NCBI GenBank assembly: GCA_963823665.1
Contig: CAWGMQ010000010.1
Span: forward strand, 256,001 to 320,000
Source of the DNA: an uncultured Planctomycetota bacterium
GTDB lineage: Bacteria; Planctomycetota; Planctomycetia; Isosphaerales; Isosphaeraceae
DNA: 64,000 bases
Direction of reading: 5' to 3'
This document shows positions 41,331 through 51,151 of this stretch, piece by piece (position 1 is the stretch's first letter; every line of letters begins with the position of its first letter). Both the position numbers and the translations under genes were made by a program. The notes beneath the pieces were generated by a model, which saw only the letters and a program-made list of their open reading frames with translations, searched no databases and was not told the origin of the DNA.

Positions 41331-42167
41331 GTGAGTTATGTAGAACGCTTCAGAGTGCCTCCCAGCACCACCGTCAAGCTTGCAGACATCGACCCGAGTT
41401 TCAAAAACCATCACGAGGGCCACAAGGAGGCGGCCAAGGAGATCGAGCACTACCGGCTGAGGCTGAGAGAACTGCAAGAGTTGCTCTATGCCGATGGACG
41501 GCGATCGCTCCTCATCTGCCTCCAAGCGCTCGACGCAGGGGGCAAGGACGGGACGATCGAACATATCCTGGGTTCGATGAATCCGCAAGGCTGCAAAGTG
41601 GTGGGGTTCAAGCAGCCTTCCGCCTTGGAGTGTGCGCATGATTTCCTGTGGCGAATCCATCGTGCCGTGCCTGCCCGTGGTGAAGTGGTCATCTTCAACC
41701 GTTCACATTACGAGGACGTCTTGATCGCTCGCGTTCATCACCTGGTCCCACATGAGATTTGGGCCCGCCGTTACGATCGAATCAATGCCTTCGAGAGTGG
41801 CCTCGTTGAGGACGGCACGGGCATTCTCAAGTTCTACCTCCATATCTCGAAACGCGAGCAACTGAAACGCTTCAAGGATCGGCTCGACGACCCTGCCAAG
41901 CAATGGAAGATCAGCGAGGCCGATTACAAGGAGCGAACCTGCTGGGGCGACTACACGGCGGCTTACGAAGATGCGCTCGCCCGTTGCAGCACCGAGCATG
42001 CCCCGTGGTTCATTATCCCTTCCGACCACAAGTGGTTCAGGAACCTCGCCGTGGCTCGGATCGTCGTGGAGCACCTGGAAGCGCTGAAGATGACATTCCC
42101 GCCTCCTTCGGTGGACATCGAGCACATTCGCAAGGAATATCACGCAGCGAAGAAGCATAGCCACTGA
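41331..42167 (+). CDS. ppk2: Polyphosphate kinase 2 family protein
   Basis: QALDAGGKDG, FKQPS, HDFLWR, FNRSHYEDV, APWFIIPSDHKW. Confidence 0.93.
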   Translation: MSYVERFRVPPSTTVKLADIDPSFKNHHEGHKEAAKEIEHYRLRLRELQELLYADGRRSLLICLQALDAGGKDGTIEHILGSMNPQGCKVVGFKQPSALECAHDFLWRIHRAVPARGEVVIFNRSHYEDVLIARVHHLVPHEIWARRYDRINAFESGLVEDGTGILKFYLHISKREQLKRFKDRLDDPAKQWKISEADYKERTCWGDYTAAYEDALARCSTEHAPWFIIPSDHKWFRNLAVARIVVEHLEALKMTFPPPSVDIEHIRKEYHAAKKHSH

Positions 42168-42235
42168 CCTGGAAGGCAGCGTTTCGAGAGAATGCGCCCG
42201 CGGCGGATTTGCGATGCTTGAAGCGGAGACACGAA

Positions 42236-43225
42236 ATGATCAGAGTGCCCATGTATCCGTTGCGATTCGAACCGATTTACCAGTATCGGCTCTGGGGCGG
42301 CCGGCGTTTGGCCTCGTTGCTGAAGGCGCCCCTCCCCGGCGACGGACCCATCGGCGAAGCCTGGCTGCTCTCCGACCGCGATGACCATCTCAGCACGGTC
42401 GCCGACGGACCGCTCAAAGGATCGACCATCCGGCAATTGATGGAGCAGTCGCCGGAGCAGTTGCTGGGAAATTTGGCGGGGCGATTCCGACGGTTCCCGG
42501 TGCTCCTCAAATTCCTCGACGCACACGACAAGCTCTCGGTTCAGGTGCATCCCCAGGATGAGCAGACCGACTATATCCCAGCCGGCGAGAGCGGCAAGAC
42601 CGAAGCATGGGTCGTGCTCGACGTGGCAAGGGACAGTTGTATCTACGCGGGCCTGAAGCGAGGCACCACTCAAGGTGATCTCGACCGAGCGCTCAAAAAC
42701 CGGGCGGTGGCGGACCTTCTGGCAGGCTTCACGCCGACGGTCGGCGACGCCGTCCTCGTCCGAGCTGGGACCGTTCACTCTCTCTCTGACGTGGTGGTTT
42801 TCGAAGTGCAGGAAAATAGCGACGTCACATTTCGCCTGTACGACTGGGATCGAACTGATCCCAAGACAGGCAAGCCTCGACCGTTGCAGGTCGAGCAGGC
42901 GGTTGCCTGCATCGATTTCGACCAGGTCGCGATAGGTCCGCTCAAGCCGGTGGTCGAGCAGGCGGCGCCGGTCCGGCGCGAGCGACTCTTTCAGTGTGAG
43001 CATTTCTCGGTGTGGCGGCACTCGGGACAGTCGCCGTTCACAGTCGGCGCGGCGAGCACGCCACGCGTGCTGGTTTGTCTCGCCGGCGAAGGGGAGCTCG
43101 AGCACGGCGGCGCCGATTATCCCCTCGGCCGCGGCGACGTCGTGCTCTTGCCGGCGGAGGTCGGCGCATGTTCCTGCCGGCCGCGCAATGCCGTCAGCCT
43201 GCTGGAGGTCGCGCTGCCGGAATAG
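42236..43225 (+). CDS. manA: Mannose-6-phosphate isomerase class I
   Basis: LWGG, IGEAW, FPVLLKFLDA..LSVQVHP, GKTEAW, GTVHSL, EVQENSDVTFRLYDW. Confidence 0.92.
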   Translation: MIRVPMYPLRFEPIYQYRLWGGRRLASLLKAPLPGDGPIGEAWLLSDRDDHLSTVADGPLKGSTIRQLMEQSPEQLLGNLAGRFRRFPVLLKFLDAHDKLSVQVHPQDEQTDYIPAGESGKTEAWVVLDVARDSCIYAGLKRGTTQGDLDRALKNRAVADLLAGFTPTVGDAVLVRAGTVHSLSDVVVFEVQENSDVTFRLYDWDRTDPKTGKPRPLQVEQAVACIDFDQVAIGPLKPVVEQAAPVRRERLFQCEHFSVWRHSGQSPFTVGAASTPRVLVCLAGEGELEHGGADYPLGRGDVVLLPAEVGACSCRPRNAVSLLEVALPE

Positions 43226-43243
43226 TTCCGCGCGGAGGGCACA

Positions 43244-43987
43244 ATGAAAAAGCTCGTGGTTTTCGACCTGGACGGAACCCTTGCCCAGAGCAAGTCATCG
43301 ATCGATGCCGAGATGGCAGCATTATTTGATAAGCTGCTCGTGATCATCAAAGTTTCTGTGATATCCGGTGGTAACTGGCCGCAATTTCAAAAACAGGTGC
43401 TTTCTCACCTTGCCAGTGACCAGCGATTGAAGAATCTTTCTCTCCTGCCTACTTGTGGAACACAGTTCTACAAATACGAAAGTGATTGGACTCGGATTTA
43501 CGCGGAGGATTTTACCCCTGAACAGAAAGAGAAGATTATCAGCTCACTCAAGAAAGCGATCGAGCAATCGGGCCTGAAGGCCGAAAAGGTCTGGGGCGAG
43601 GTGATCGAAGACCGGGGAAGTCAAATCACCTTTTCCGCGTTAGGTCAAGAAGCGCCGCTCGAAGAAAAGGTGAAATGGGACCCTGAGTTCGCCAAGCGGA
43701 AGAAGATGAAAGGTTTTCTTGACACGTTGATCCCGGAATTTGCAGTCCGCCTCGGTGGGTCGACGTCCATTGACGTCACGAAGCCGGGCATCGACAAAGC
43801 ATACGGGATCAGAAAGTTGCGAGACATTCTTGGCATTGCCATCGAAGAGATGATCTTTGTCGGCGATGCCTTGTTTCCCGGCGGCAACGACTATCCGGCC
43901 GAGCAAGCCGGTGTTGTTTCGATCCGGGTCAAGGATCCGCATGAGACGAAACGCGTTATCGAAACAATCATCGCTTGTCTGGGTTGA
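43244..43987 (+). CDS. HAD-IIB family hydrolase (phosphomannomutase-like)
   Basis: FDLDGTL, ISGG, IEDRGSQITFSALG, GGSTSIDV, GDALFPGGNDYP. Confidence 0.85.
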   Translation: MKKLVVFDLDGTLAQSKSSIDAEMAALFDKLLVIIKVSVISGGNWPQFQKQVLSHLASDQRLKNLSLLPTCGTQFYKYESDWTRIYAEDFTPEQKEKIISSLKKAIEQSGLKAEKVWGEVIEDRGSQITFSALGQEAPLEEKVKWDPEFAKRKKMKGFLDTLIPEFAVRLGGSTSIDVTKPGIDKAYGIRKLRDILGIAIEEMIFVGDALFPGGNDYPAEQAGVVSIRVKDPHETKRVIETIIACLG

Positions 43988-44020
43988 GTCCGGCCGAGCG
44001 AGACCTTGTGAGGGGAGCTA

Positions 44021-45211
44021 ATGGCAGGATTCCAAATGAAGCGACTCGGGATGCTGATGGAGCCCGAGCCGGGAAATGCCCTGGAGGTCGAAGGCGTCTT
44101 GAACCCGGCGGGGATTCGCGGCCCTGACGGTCAATTTTACCTTTTCCCTCGCCTGGTCGCGAAGGGGAATTTCTCGCGCATCGGCATCGCACGCGTGAAG
44201 TTCAATGAGGCCGGCGATCCGATGGGCGTTGAGCGCCTGGGCATCGCGCTCGAGCCCCAAACCGATTACGAGCTGCGGCCTGACGGCAGCGGAGGCTGTG
44301 AGGATCCGCGAATTACTTTTGGCGAAGACATCAAACGCTACGTCATGACTTACACGGCGCTTTCGCCCGAAGGCCCACGGATTGCCCTGGCCCTATCCGA
44401 GGACCTGTTCCACTGGCAGCGTTTGGGGCTGGCGACCTTCCGCCCGTATGAGGGCATCGAGTTCGACGGTGTGGACAACAAGGATGCCAGCATCTTCCCA
44501 GTGGCCATTCGCGATCCTGAAGGGAAGCCGGCAATGGCCATACTCCACAGGCCACTCTTTCCCGGAACTCGTCCTGAGGAAACGGTCTCTCAACCGGCGT
44601 CCCGCGCGGTTGATCCGCAGCGAGAGAGCATCTGGATTTCCTACTGTCCACTGGGCAGGGTTGACGATCTTCCGTATCACCTCAGCCATTTTACTCTGCA
44701 TAACCGGTTGGCCAGCCCGGTGGCGCCCTGGGAGCAGCTCAAGATCGGCGGCGGCACTCCTCCCGTCCTGACCCGGCACGGATGGATGGTTATCTACCAC
44801 GGCGTCCGCACACTGGCGGGCTCGACCACGGCAGCGCGCAAGTTATGTTACTCCGCCGGTGTGATGGTGCTCTCCAAAGAGCTTCCCCGTTTGATTCGTT
44901 ATCGCTCGCCTGAACCGGTGCTGACGCCGGAATTGCCGCAGGAATGCATCGGGACCGTTGCCCACGTCGTGTTTCCGACCGCCATCGACCGGCGCGATGA
45001 TCTCGGCCTGCCCGATCGATTCGACGTTTATTACGGGATGGCCGACAACCGGATCGGAGTGGCGCGTCTCGACGTGCCGAAGACCTTGCCCCCAGGGGGA
45101 CTCGCCGACCCGCCCCGAGCCAATCGCTCAATTCCCATCGATCGTCAATCCAAGACGGAGAGTCGCGAACGCGTCCCGGTCAACACTAAAGGAGGTTCCT
45201 CGCCAACATGA
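44021..45211 (+). CDS. GH130-like glycosidase / mannoside phosphorylase
   Basis: [44 protein letters not shown]. Confidence 0.85.
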   Translation: MAGFQMKRLGMLMEPEPGNALEVEGVLNPAGIRGPDGQFYLFPRLVAKGNFSRIGIARVKFNEAGDPMGVERLGIALEPQTDYELRPDGSGGCEDPRITFGEDIKRYVMTYTALSPEGPRIALALSEDLFHWQRLGLATFRPYEGIEFDGVDNKDASIFPVAIRDPEGKPAMAILHRPLFPGTRPEETVSQPASRAVDPQRESIWISYCPLGRVDDLPYHLSHFTLHNRLASPVAPWEQLKIGGGTPPVLTRHGWMVIYHGVRTLAGSTTAARKLCYSAGVMVLSKELPRLIRYRSPEPVLTPELPQECIGTVAHVVFPTAIDRRDDLGLPDRFDVYYGMADNRIGVARLDVPKTLPPGGLADPPRANRSIPIDRQSKTESRERVPVNTKGGSSPT

Positions 45212-47252
45212 CTTACTCAGCCACCATCGCTCCGCCGGAACTGGACGAGCTCTGTGTCAATACGCTGCGCTTCCTGGCGGTGGACGCCGTGCAGAAAGCC
45301 AAGTCCGGCCACCCCGGCCTGCCTCTGGGTTCCTCGGCGATGGCTTATGCACTCTGGGATCGCTTTCTCAAGTTCAACCCGTGTGATCCCATCTGGCCCG
45401 ACCGCGATCGCTTTGTTCTCTCGGCCGGCCATGGATGTGCGCTCTTGTACGCGCTGCTTCATGTCACGGGCTTCGATTTGCCGCTGGCGGAGCTCGAGAG
45501 GTTCCGCCAGTGGGGAAGCCGTACCCCAGGCCATCCGGAATATGGAAAGACGGAAGGCGTCGAGGCCACCACCGGTCCCTTGGGGCAAGGCCTGGCCAAC
45601 GCCGTCGGCATGGCCATCGCCGAGGTCGCTCTTGCAGCGCGCTTCAATCGACCTCGTCACCAAATCGTGGACCACTACACTTACGTTTTGGCCAGCGATG
45701 GCGATCTGGAGGAAGGGATATCTTCCGAGGCTGGATCAGAAGCCGGTCACCTGCGGCTTGGCAAGCTCATCGTCCTCTATGCCGACAACCACATCACGAT
45801 CGAGGGCAGCACGAAGCTCGCCTTTACCGAAGACCGTTCGGCCCGTTTCGCCGCGTTCGGCTGGCATGTCCAGCGGGTCGAAGCCAGCAACGACGTTGAC
45901 GCGATCGCTGCCGCGATCGAGGCTGCCAGGGAAGAGACGGGTCGGCCGTCCTTGATTCAGGTTCGCACCCACATCGGCTTCGGCAGCCCCCACAAGCAAG
46001 ACACCGCTGCGGCCCACGGCGAGCCACTCGGCCTGGAAGAAGTTCGTCTGACCAAAGAGGCGCTGGGCTGGCCGGTCGAACCTCCCTTCCATATTCCCGA
46101 GGAGGCCCTGGATCATTTCCGGGAAGCAGTCGCGCGGGGAGCACTGCGCACGCGGAATGGAAGTTACGTCTCGAACTTTATGCGGAGGAACACCCCGACC
46201 TCGCCGCAGAGTTCGAGCGGGTCACGCTTCGGCAACTTTCGAGCGGCTGGGATGCCGACCTCCCGACATTCACCTCAGGCGAAGGCCCAATGGCAACCCG
46301 CATCGCTTCGGGAAAGACGATCGCGGCTCTGGGCTCTCGTCTTCCCGAGTTGATGGGAGGCTCGGCCGATCTTGCTCCCAGCACCCATACGAACATGGAC
46401 GGGGCCGGCAGCTTCGAGCCTGAGACCCGATCGGGACGCAACATGCACTTCGGCATCCGGGAGCATGCCATGGGCGCCATTCTGAACGGTATGGCGCTCC
46501 ACCGCGGCCTCATCCCGTATGGAGCAACCTTCCTGATCTTCAGCGATTATATGCGTCCGCCGATGCGCTTAGCGGCCATGAACGGCCTGCCGGTGATCTA
46601 TGTCTTCACCCACGACAGCATCGCCATGGGAGAGGACGGCCCAACCCATCAGCCTGTCGAACATTTGCTGGGACTCAGATCCATCCCCGGCATGGTTGTC
46701 ATCCGGCCGGCCGATGCGAACGAGACGGTTGCCGCCTGGCGTGTCGCGATCGAGCACAGAGAAGGTCCGGTCGCCCTGGTGCTCACGCGCCAGGGACTCC
46801 CCGTGCTCGAAATTGCCCGATATCCGGGCGTACCCGCTGGAGTGCCCCTGGGTGGCTATGTCCTCGTGGACTCTCCTGCCAGTTGTTTACCCGATATCAT
46901 TCTGATTGCGACCGGTTCCGAAGTGCATCTCGCGCTCGAGAGCCGTGAACGGTTGGCGACCGAGGGCGTCCAGGCCAGGGTGGTGAGTCTGCCGAGCACC
47001 AACCTCTTCTCGATGCAGTCGGAGAAATATCGGAACAAGGTCTTGCCCCCGGGCGTGCCCCTCTTGGCCATCGAGGCCGGTGCGTCCCTCGGCTGGAAAT
47101 CCTATGTCGGTCCCCAGATCGCCGTGATCGGCGTGGACACCTTCGGGGCATCAGCCCCCGGGCCAGTCGTGATGCAGCATTATGGCTTCACAGTCGAGAA
47201 TGTCTGCAACCAAACCCATAACTTGCTCGGCCAAGTCAAGGAGAAACGGTGA
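45208..47252 (+). CDS. tkt: Transketolase, frameshifted near 46140
   Basis: [58 protein letters not shown]. Confidence 0.95.
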
Positions 47253-47698
47253 TGCGCGTGGGAATTGCCGCGGACCATGGAGGGTTTGCTCTCAAGGTAG
47301 AGATGGCTGAGGCCCTTCGGACCGCCGGGCATGAAGTCGTCGATTTCGGCGCACGCATCCTGACTTCGGGGGATGACTACCCCGATTACGTTGTACCCCT
47401 GGCTCTGTCGGTGGCAGAGGAGAAAGTCGAACGTGGCGTGGCCTTTTGCGGGAGTGGCGTGGGAGCGTCCGTCGCCGCCAACAAGGTGCCCGGCGTTCGT
47501 GCCGGTCTGATCCACGACGTTTACTCGGCGCACCAGGGAGTCGAAGACGACAACATGAACATGCTTTGCATGGGTGGACGGGTAATCGGCCCGGCGCTGG
47601 CGTGGGAACTCGTCCAGGCGTTCGTGGCCGCCCGCTTCAGCGGAGCCGAACGCCACCAGCGCCGTTTGGCGAAGGTGGCGGCCCTGGAGAACGACTGA
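47252..47698 (+). CDS. rpiB: Ribose-5-phosphate isomerase B
   Basis: ADHGG, DYPD, CGSGVG, ANKVPGVRA, RHQRR. Confidence 0.93.
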   Translation: MRVGIAADHGGFALKVEMAEALRTAGHEVVDFGARILTSGDDYPDYVVPLALSVAEEKVERGVAFCGSGVGASVAANKVPGVRAGLIHDVYSAHQGVEDDNMNMLCMGGRVIGPALAWELVQAFVAARFSGAERHQRRLAKVAALEND

Positions 47699-47743
47699 GG
47701 AGAATATCGCCGTGGAAGCGCAGATGCGGTCCCGGACGCGAAG

Positions 47744-47978
47744 ATGAAACCTCGCGATCAAGGACAATTCACTTTCGATCGTCCTGTTCGTGCTCTTTCT
47801 CATCTGCATTTCCGCACATAGCATTGCCGGCCGGTGGCTCCAAAACGATATTCTTGCGGCACACGGGCGCTCGTCGGTCGGCTACTGGCGTTTTCTGTCA
47901 ACCGGCGCCTTCCTTGAGGGCCTCGCCTCAAACTGGCAGGCAGCCGTCCTTCAAACAACCGGCAAGGCGAACAAATAA
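47744..47978 (+). pseudogene. Truncated DUF6766-like membrane protein fragment
   Basis: DNSLSIVLFVLFL...HG...FLSTGAFLEGLASNWQAAVLQ resembles the first half of this family, then stops. Confidence 0.45.
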
Positions 47979-48064
47979 TCAGCACGGATCAAGACGTCGG
48001 TTCTCTTGACACGGCGAGCCACTTGCGCGTCAGCGGCCCGATCAGGTCGAAGGTCCGCATGGTG

Positions 48065-48439
48065 TCAGCGCTTGGCTTGGTGGCAAGGGGGTGGCTCGGC
48101 CAGCGTCACGACAACAAACGCTTCGCCGGTTACCGTGCTGATGTCGTGGTGCAGACTGACCACCTTGACGTCGGTGACATCCTGGACCATCGCTTGTATG
48201 AGCGGCTTCGCCGTTTCGATCAGTTGGGTCCGTATTTGCTTGAGCAAATCCCTCCCCCTATCGGATGGGAATTTGGCAAGGTGCTGTTCGGCGGGTGTCA
48301 ACATGCCCTGAAGCCGGACGACGATGAAATCCCCGAGCAGGAAGGCGCGAATGTTTTTGGGGCCTCGGCCCCTGTATTCCTGCTCAAAGCGACTCATCAC
48401 GTCGCAGATGGCGGCCTCGATTTCTCCTTGGGTTTTCAT
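48065..48439 (-). CDS. DUF2294 (MpsC-like) protein
   Basis: KTQGEIEAAI, GRGP, LTPAEQHL, GRDLLKQIR, SLHHDISTVTGE; ATGA-overlaps the kinase stop. Confidence 0.92.
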   Translation of the reverse strand: MKTQGEIEAAICDVMSRFEQEYRGRGPKNIRAFLLGDFIVVRLQGMLTPAEQHLAKFPSDRGRDLLKQIRTQLIETAKPLIQAMVQDVTDVKVVSLHHDISTVTGEAFVVVTLAEPPPCHQAKR

Positions 48440-50406
48440 CGTGCCGGCAACTCCGAGACGGTCGCCAAGATTTGCAGCACCTTCCCGAAATCGCCCGGCT
48501 TGACCAGGTGGTGATCGAACCCCGCATCGAACGAACGCTGAAGGTCGCTCACCCCTCCGTACCCGGTCATGGCGACAAGCACAGCATTCTGGAGAGCGGG
48601 CTGCTGACGTATCTGCTTCGCGACCTCAAAGCCATTGAGCCCCGGCAAGCCGATGTCGAGCAGCACCACGTTCGGCCGGTAATCGAGGGCCGCTTCCAGG
48701 ACGGCTGAGCCGTCGTAAGCCATCCTGACATCGTGGCCGGATTCATTCACCAGCAATGCCAGGGTCGTCACGGTATCCACGTTGTCATCCACAACCAGCA
48801 CGCGCAAGGATTGTCCGCTCGATTGGGCCGACTGGGGAGACGGCGATGCCGGCTGCTGCTGGGGAGGTGACACCACCGGCAGACGCACGACGAACTCGCT
48901 GCCTTGCCCCAAAACGCTAGTTGCCGCCACCGTTCCACCGTGCATTTCCACGAGGCGCTGCACCAAAGCCAGTCCGATGCCCAACCCACCTTGCGAGCGG
49001 TCCAGGGACCGTTCCCCCTGGGTGAACAGGTCGAAGATGCGGGGCAGTGTTTCGGGGGCGATGCCGACGCCCGTATCCCGCACACGCAGCACCGCCTCCG
49101 TGCCCTCTTGTTGCAACGTCAACCAAACGTGACCGCCTCGCTCCGTGTACTTGGCGGCATTGGTCAGCAGGTTCACCATCACTTGTTCCAACCGGGCAGC
49201 GTCGGCGTTTAGCCAGATCGCTTGCGCGGGCAGCGACACGGTGAGTTCATGCTTGCGCAGGTCGATCAGCGACCGGACGGTCGCAACCGCGTGTTCCACG
49301 ACGACGCCCACGGCAATCGGTTCTTGATGAAGCTGAATCCTTCCGGTGGTAATGCGAGAGACTTCGAGTAGTTCATCAACGATCTGCGTCAGTTGTCCGA
49401 CCTGACGCTCAATGATGCTGGCGGATTGCTGAAGTATTGGGTTCTCGATACCGTGCAGTCGATTCCGATTGCTGTGCAGGCGCAGGAGAAGAGCGGCATT
49501 GAGGATGGGGGCAAGGGGGTTGCGAAGTTCATGGCTGAGCATCGCCAGGAACTCATCTTTGCGGCGGTCCAGGTCGGCGAGTGCCGCTGCCTGCTCCTGG
49601 GTCAGTCGCTGCAAGCGTCTGCGTTCGGTGATGTCGCGGATGTTGCATTGAACGACCTGGTGTTGGTTCTCCGCATAGACGTTGCTGACGAACTCGACCT
49701 CGACGTTTTGGCCACTTCTGTTCTCGAGGGGCAGGTTTTCATAGCGGACGTAGCCCGTCTTTTGCAGTTCCCGGTAGGCGGCCTGGCTCTCTTCGATATG
49801 GCGGAACAGACCGATCTCCCAGAGTTCCTTGCCCAGGAACTCATCGTGCGAGAAGCCCAGCAAGGTCGTCATGAACGGGTTGGCGTCGATCACCTTACCC
49901 GTGAGTGCGTCGAGGATGAGGATGCCGTCCTTGGCCATCTGGAACAGCCGCCGATACCGGACTTCGGAGTGCGCCATGGCGGCGTCCGTCTGCCGGCGAG
50001 CAGTAACGTCCTCGATGGCTAGAAGGACCAATTCCGGCTCGTTGCTCTCCGGCGGGAACCTGCGGGCGTTAAGCAGCATTGTCCTTTGCCCGAGAGTCGG
50101 GAAGGTGTGTTCAACCTCGACGTCTTCAATGGGATGGCTGTTGGAAAGAACTTGGGGCAGCAACGTCCGCAGTTGGGGGATGTCCCACTGACCGTTGCCC
50201 AGGTCATAGACGAAGCGGCCCTCCGTGTCCTCTTTCGAGGCATGGAAATCCCGGTAGAACGCGCCGTTGGCGGTGCGTACCCGCAGGCTCTTGTCGAGAA
50301 CCACGAACGGCTCTCTCAGGGTCGCGATGATGTTTTCAGCGTACGCAAGGGCGAGCTGCAGTTCTGTTGTGCGCTTGTCAACGTTCGTTTCCATGCCGTT
50401 TCCCAT
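48436..50406 (-). CDS. PAS-PAS hybrid histidine kinase / receiver
   Basis: FLAMLSHELRNPL, NLLTNAAKY, DTGVGI, GLGIGL, VLVVDD, LDIGLP. Confidence 0.93.
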   Translation of the reverse strand: MGNGMETNVDKRTTELQLALAYAENIIATLREPFVVLDKSLRVRTANGAFYRDFHASKEDTEGRFVYDLGNGQWDIPQLRTLLPQVLSNSHPIEDVEVEHTFPTLGQRTMLLNARRFPPESNEPELVLLAIEDVTARRQTDAAMAHSEVRYRRLFQMAKDGILILDALTGKVIDANPFMTTLLGFSHDEFLGKELWEIGLFRHIEESQAAYRELQKTGYVRYENLPLENRSGQNVEVEFVSNVYAENQHQVVQCNIRDITERRRLQRLTQEQAAALADLDRRKDEFLAMLSHELRNPLAPILNAALLLRLHSNRNRLHGIENPILQQSASIIERQVGQLTQIVDELLEVSRITTGRIQLHQEPIAVGVVVEHAVATVRSLIDLRKHELTVSLPAQAIWLNADAARLEQVMVNLLTNAAKYTERGGHVWLTLQQEGTEAVLRVRDTGVGIAPETLPRIFDLFTQGERSLDRSQGGLGIGLALVQRLVEMHGGTVAATSVLGQGSEFVVRLPVVSPPQQQPASPSPQSAQSSGQSLRVLVVDDNVDTVTTLALLVNESGHDVRMAYDGSAVLEAALDYRPNVVLLDIGLPGLNGFEVAKQIRQQPALQNAVLVAMTGYGGVSDLQRSFDAGFDHHLVKPGDFGKVLQILATVSELPAR

Positions 50407-50562
50407 CTCCTGCCGTTTTCGGAGCTTAGCCCTTCGATCTAAAGGCTGTAACCAGAAAGTACATCTTATCGGGGGATCGGATGTGCCTCAACTAACGCCG
50501 ATCCTATGCCCGCCTGGACGTCTTTGACCAAGGCGGATCCTTCGGTTGGGGAAGGTGAGGAT

Positions 50563-51102
50563 TCAAGATGTCGGCGGCTCGTAGACATTGATGTGGTCCG
50601 GCCCTTGGGCGGCTAGCAGGCTGTGCGCGCGGGCCACGACCTCCGGAATGGACCGGACGATTACGAGAAACTTGCCCCCCTTGACGTGATTCTCGTAGTT
50701 GATCGCCCGGTCCTTCGGAACACCCCAGCCTACGAGCGCGCCCGCGAGGGTGCCCAGCGCGGTTCCCGCCAGCGCCCCTTCGATGCCCGCCAAGAGCGCC
50801 GCCGCGAGTGGACCGGCGACCCCGACGAGGCCCAGTCCCGGCAAGACCAGGAATCCCGCTCCAACGCACAGGCCGAACAGCCCCCCGAACAAGGACCCGC
50901 TTTCCGCCCCGGCCGTGACATAGTCGCCGCGGCTGACGAAGCCGCATGGCACCTCGGTCACCTGAGAGCCGCGGCCCACGATCGAGAGATCGTCGAGCGC
51001 GAACCCACCTACGTGGAGCTGCCGCACCGCGCGCTCGGCGGAAGCATGGTCGGGATAAACCGCCACGACGCTGGAAACAATCGCAGTTACCGCCTGGCTC
51101 AT
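50563..51102 (-). CDS. General stress protein, paralog family of 40707..41246
   Basis: SVVAVY, LSIVGR, GGLFG, AGPL, ALVGWGVP, YENHVKGGK. Confidence 0.85.
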   Translation of the reverse strand: MSQAVTAIVSSVVAVYPDHASAERAVRQLHVGGFALDDLSIVGRGSQVTEVPCGFVSRGDYVTAGAESGSLFGGLFGLCVGAGFLVLPGLGLVGVAGPLAAALLAGIEGALAGTALGTLAGALVGWGVPKDRAINYENHVKGGKFLVIVRSIPEVVARAHSLLAAQGPDHINVYEPPTS

Positions 51103-51151
51103 GATCGATTCCTTTTGTCGGGATTACTGCCCGGTTGGACGCCAGTGAAAG

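Noticed and set aside
46130..46160. Programmed frameshifting in tkt or the other split genes
   Set aside because: No slippery heptamer or stimulatory structure seen; the window-wide indel rate explains it more simply.
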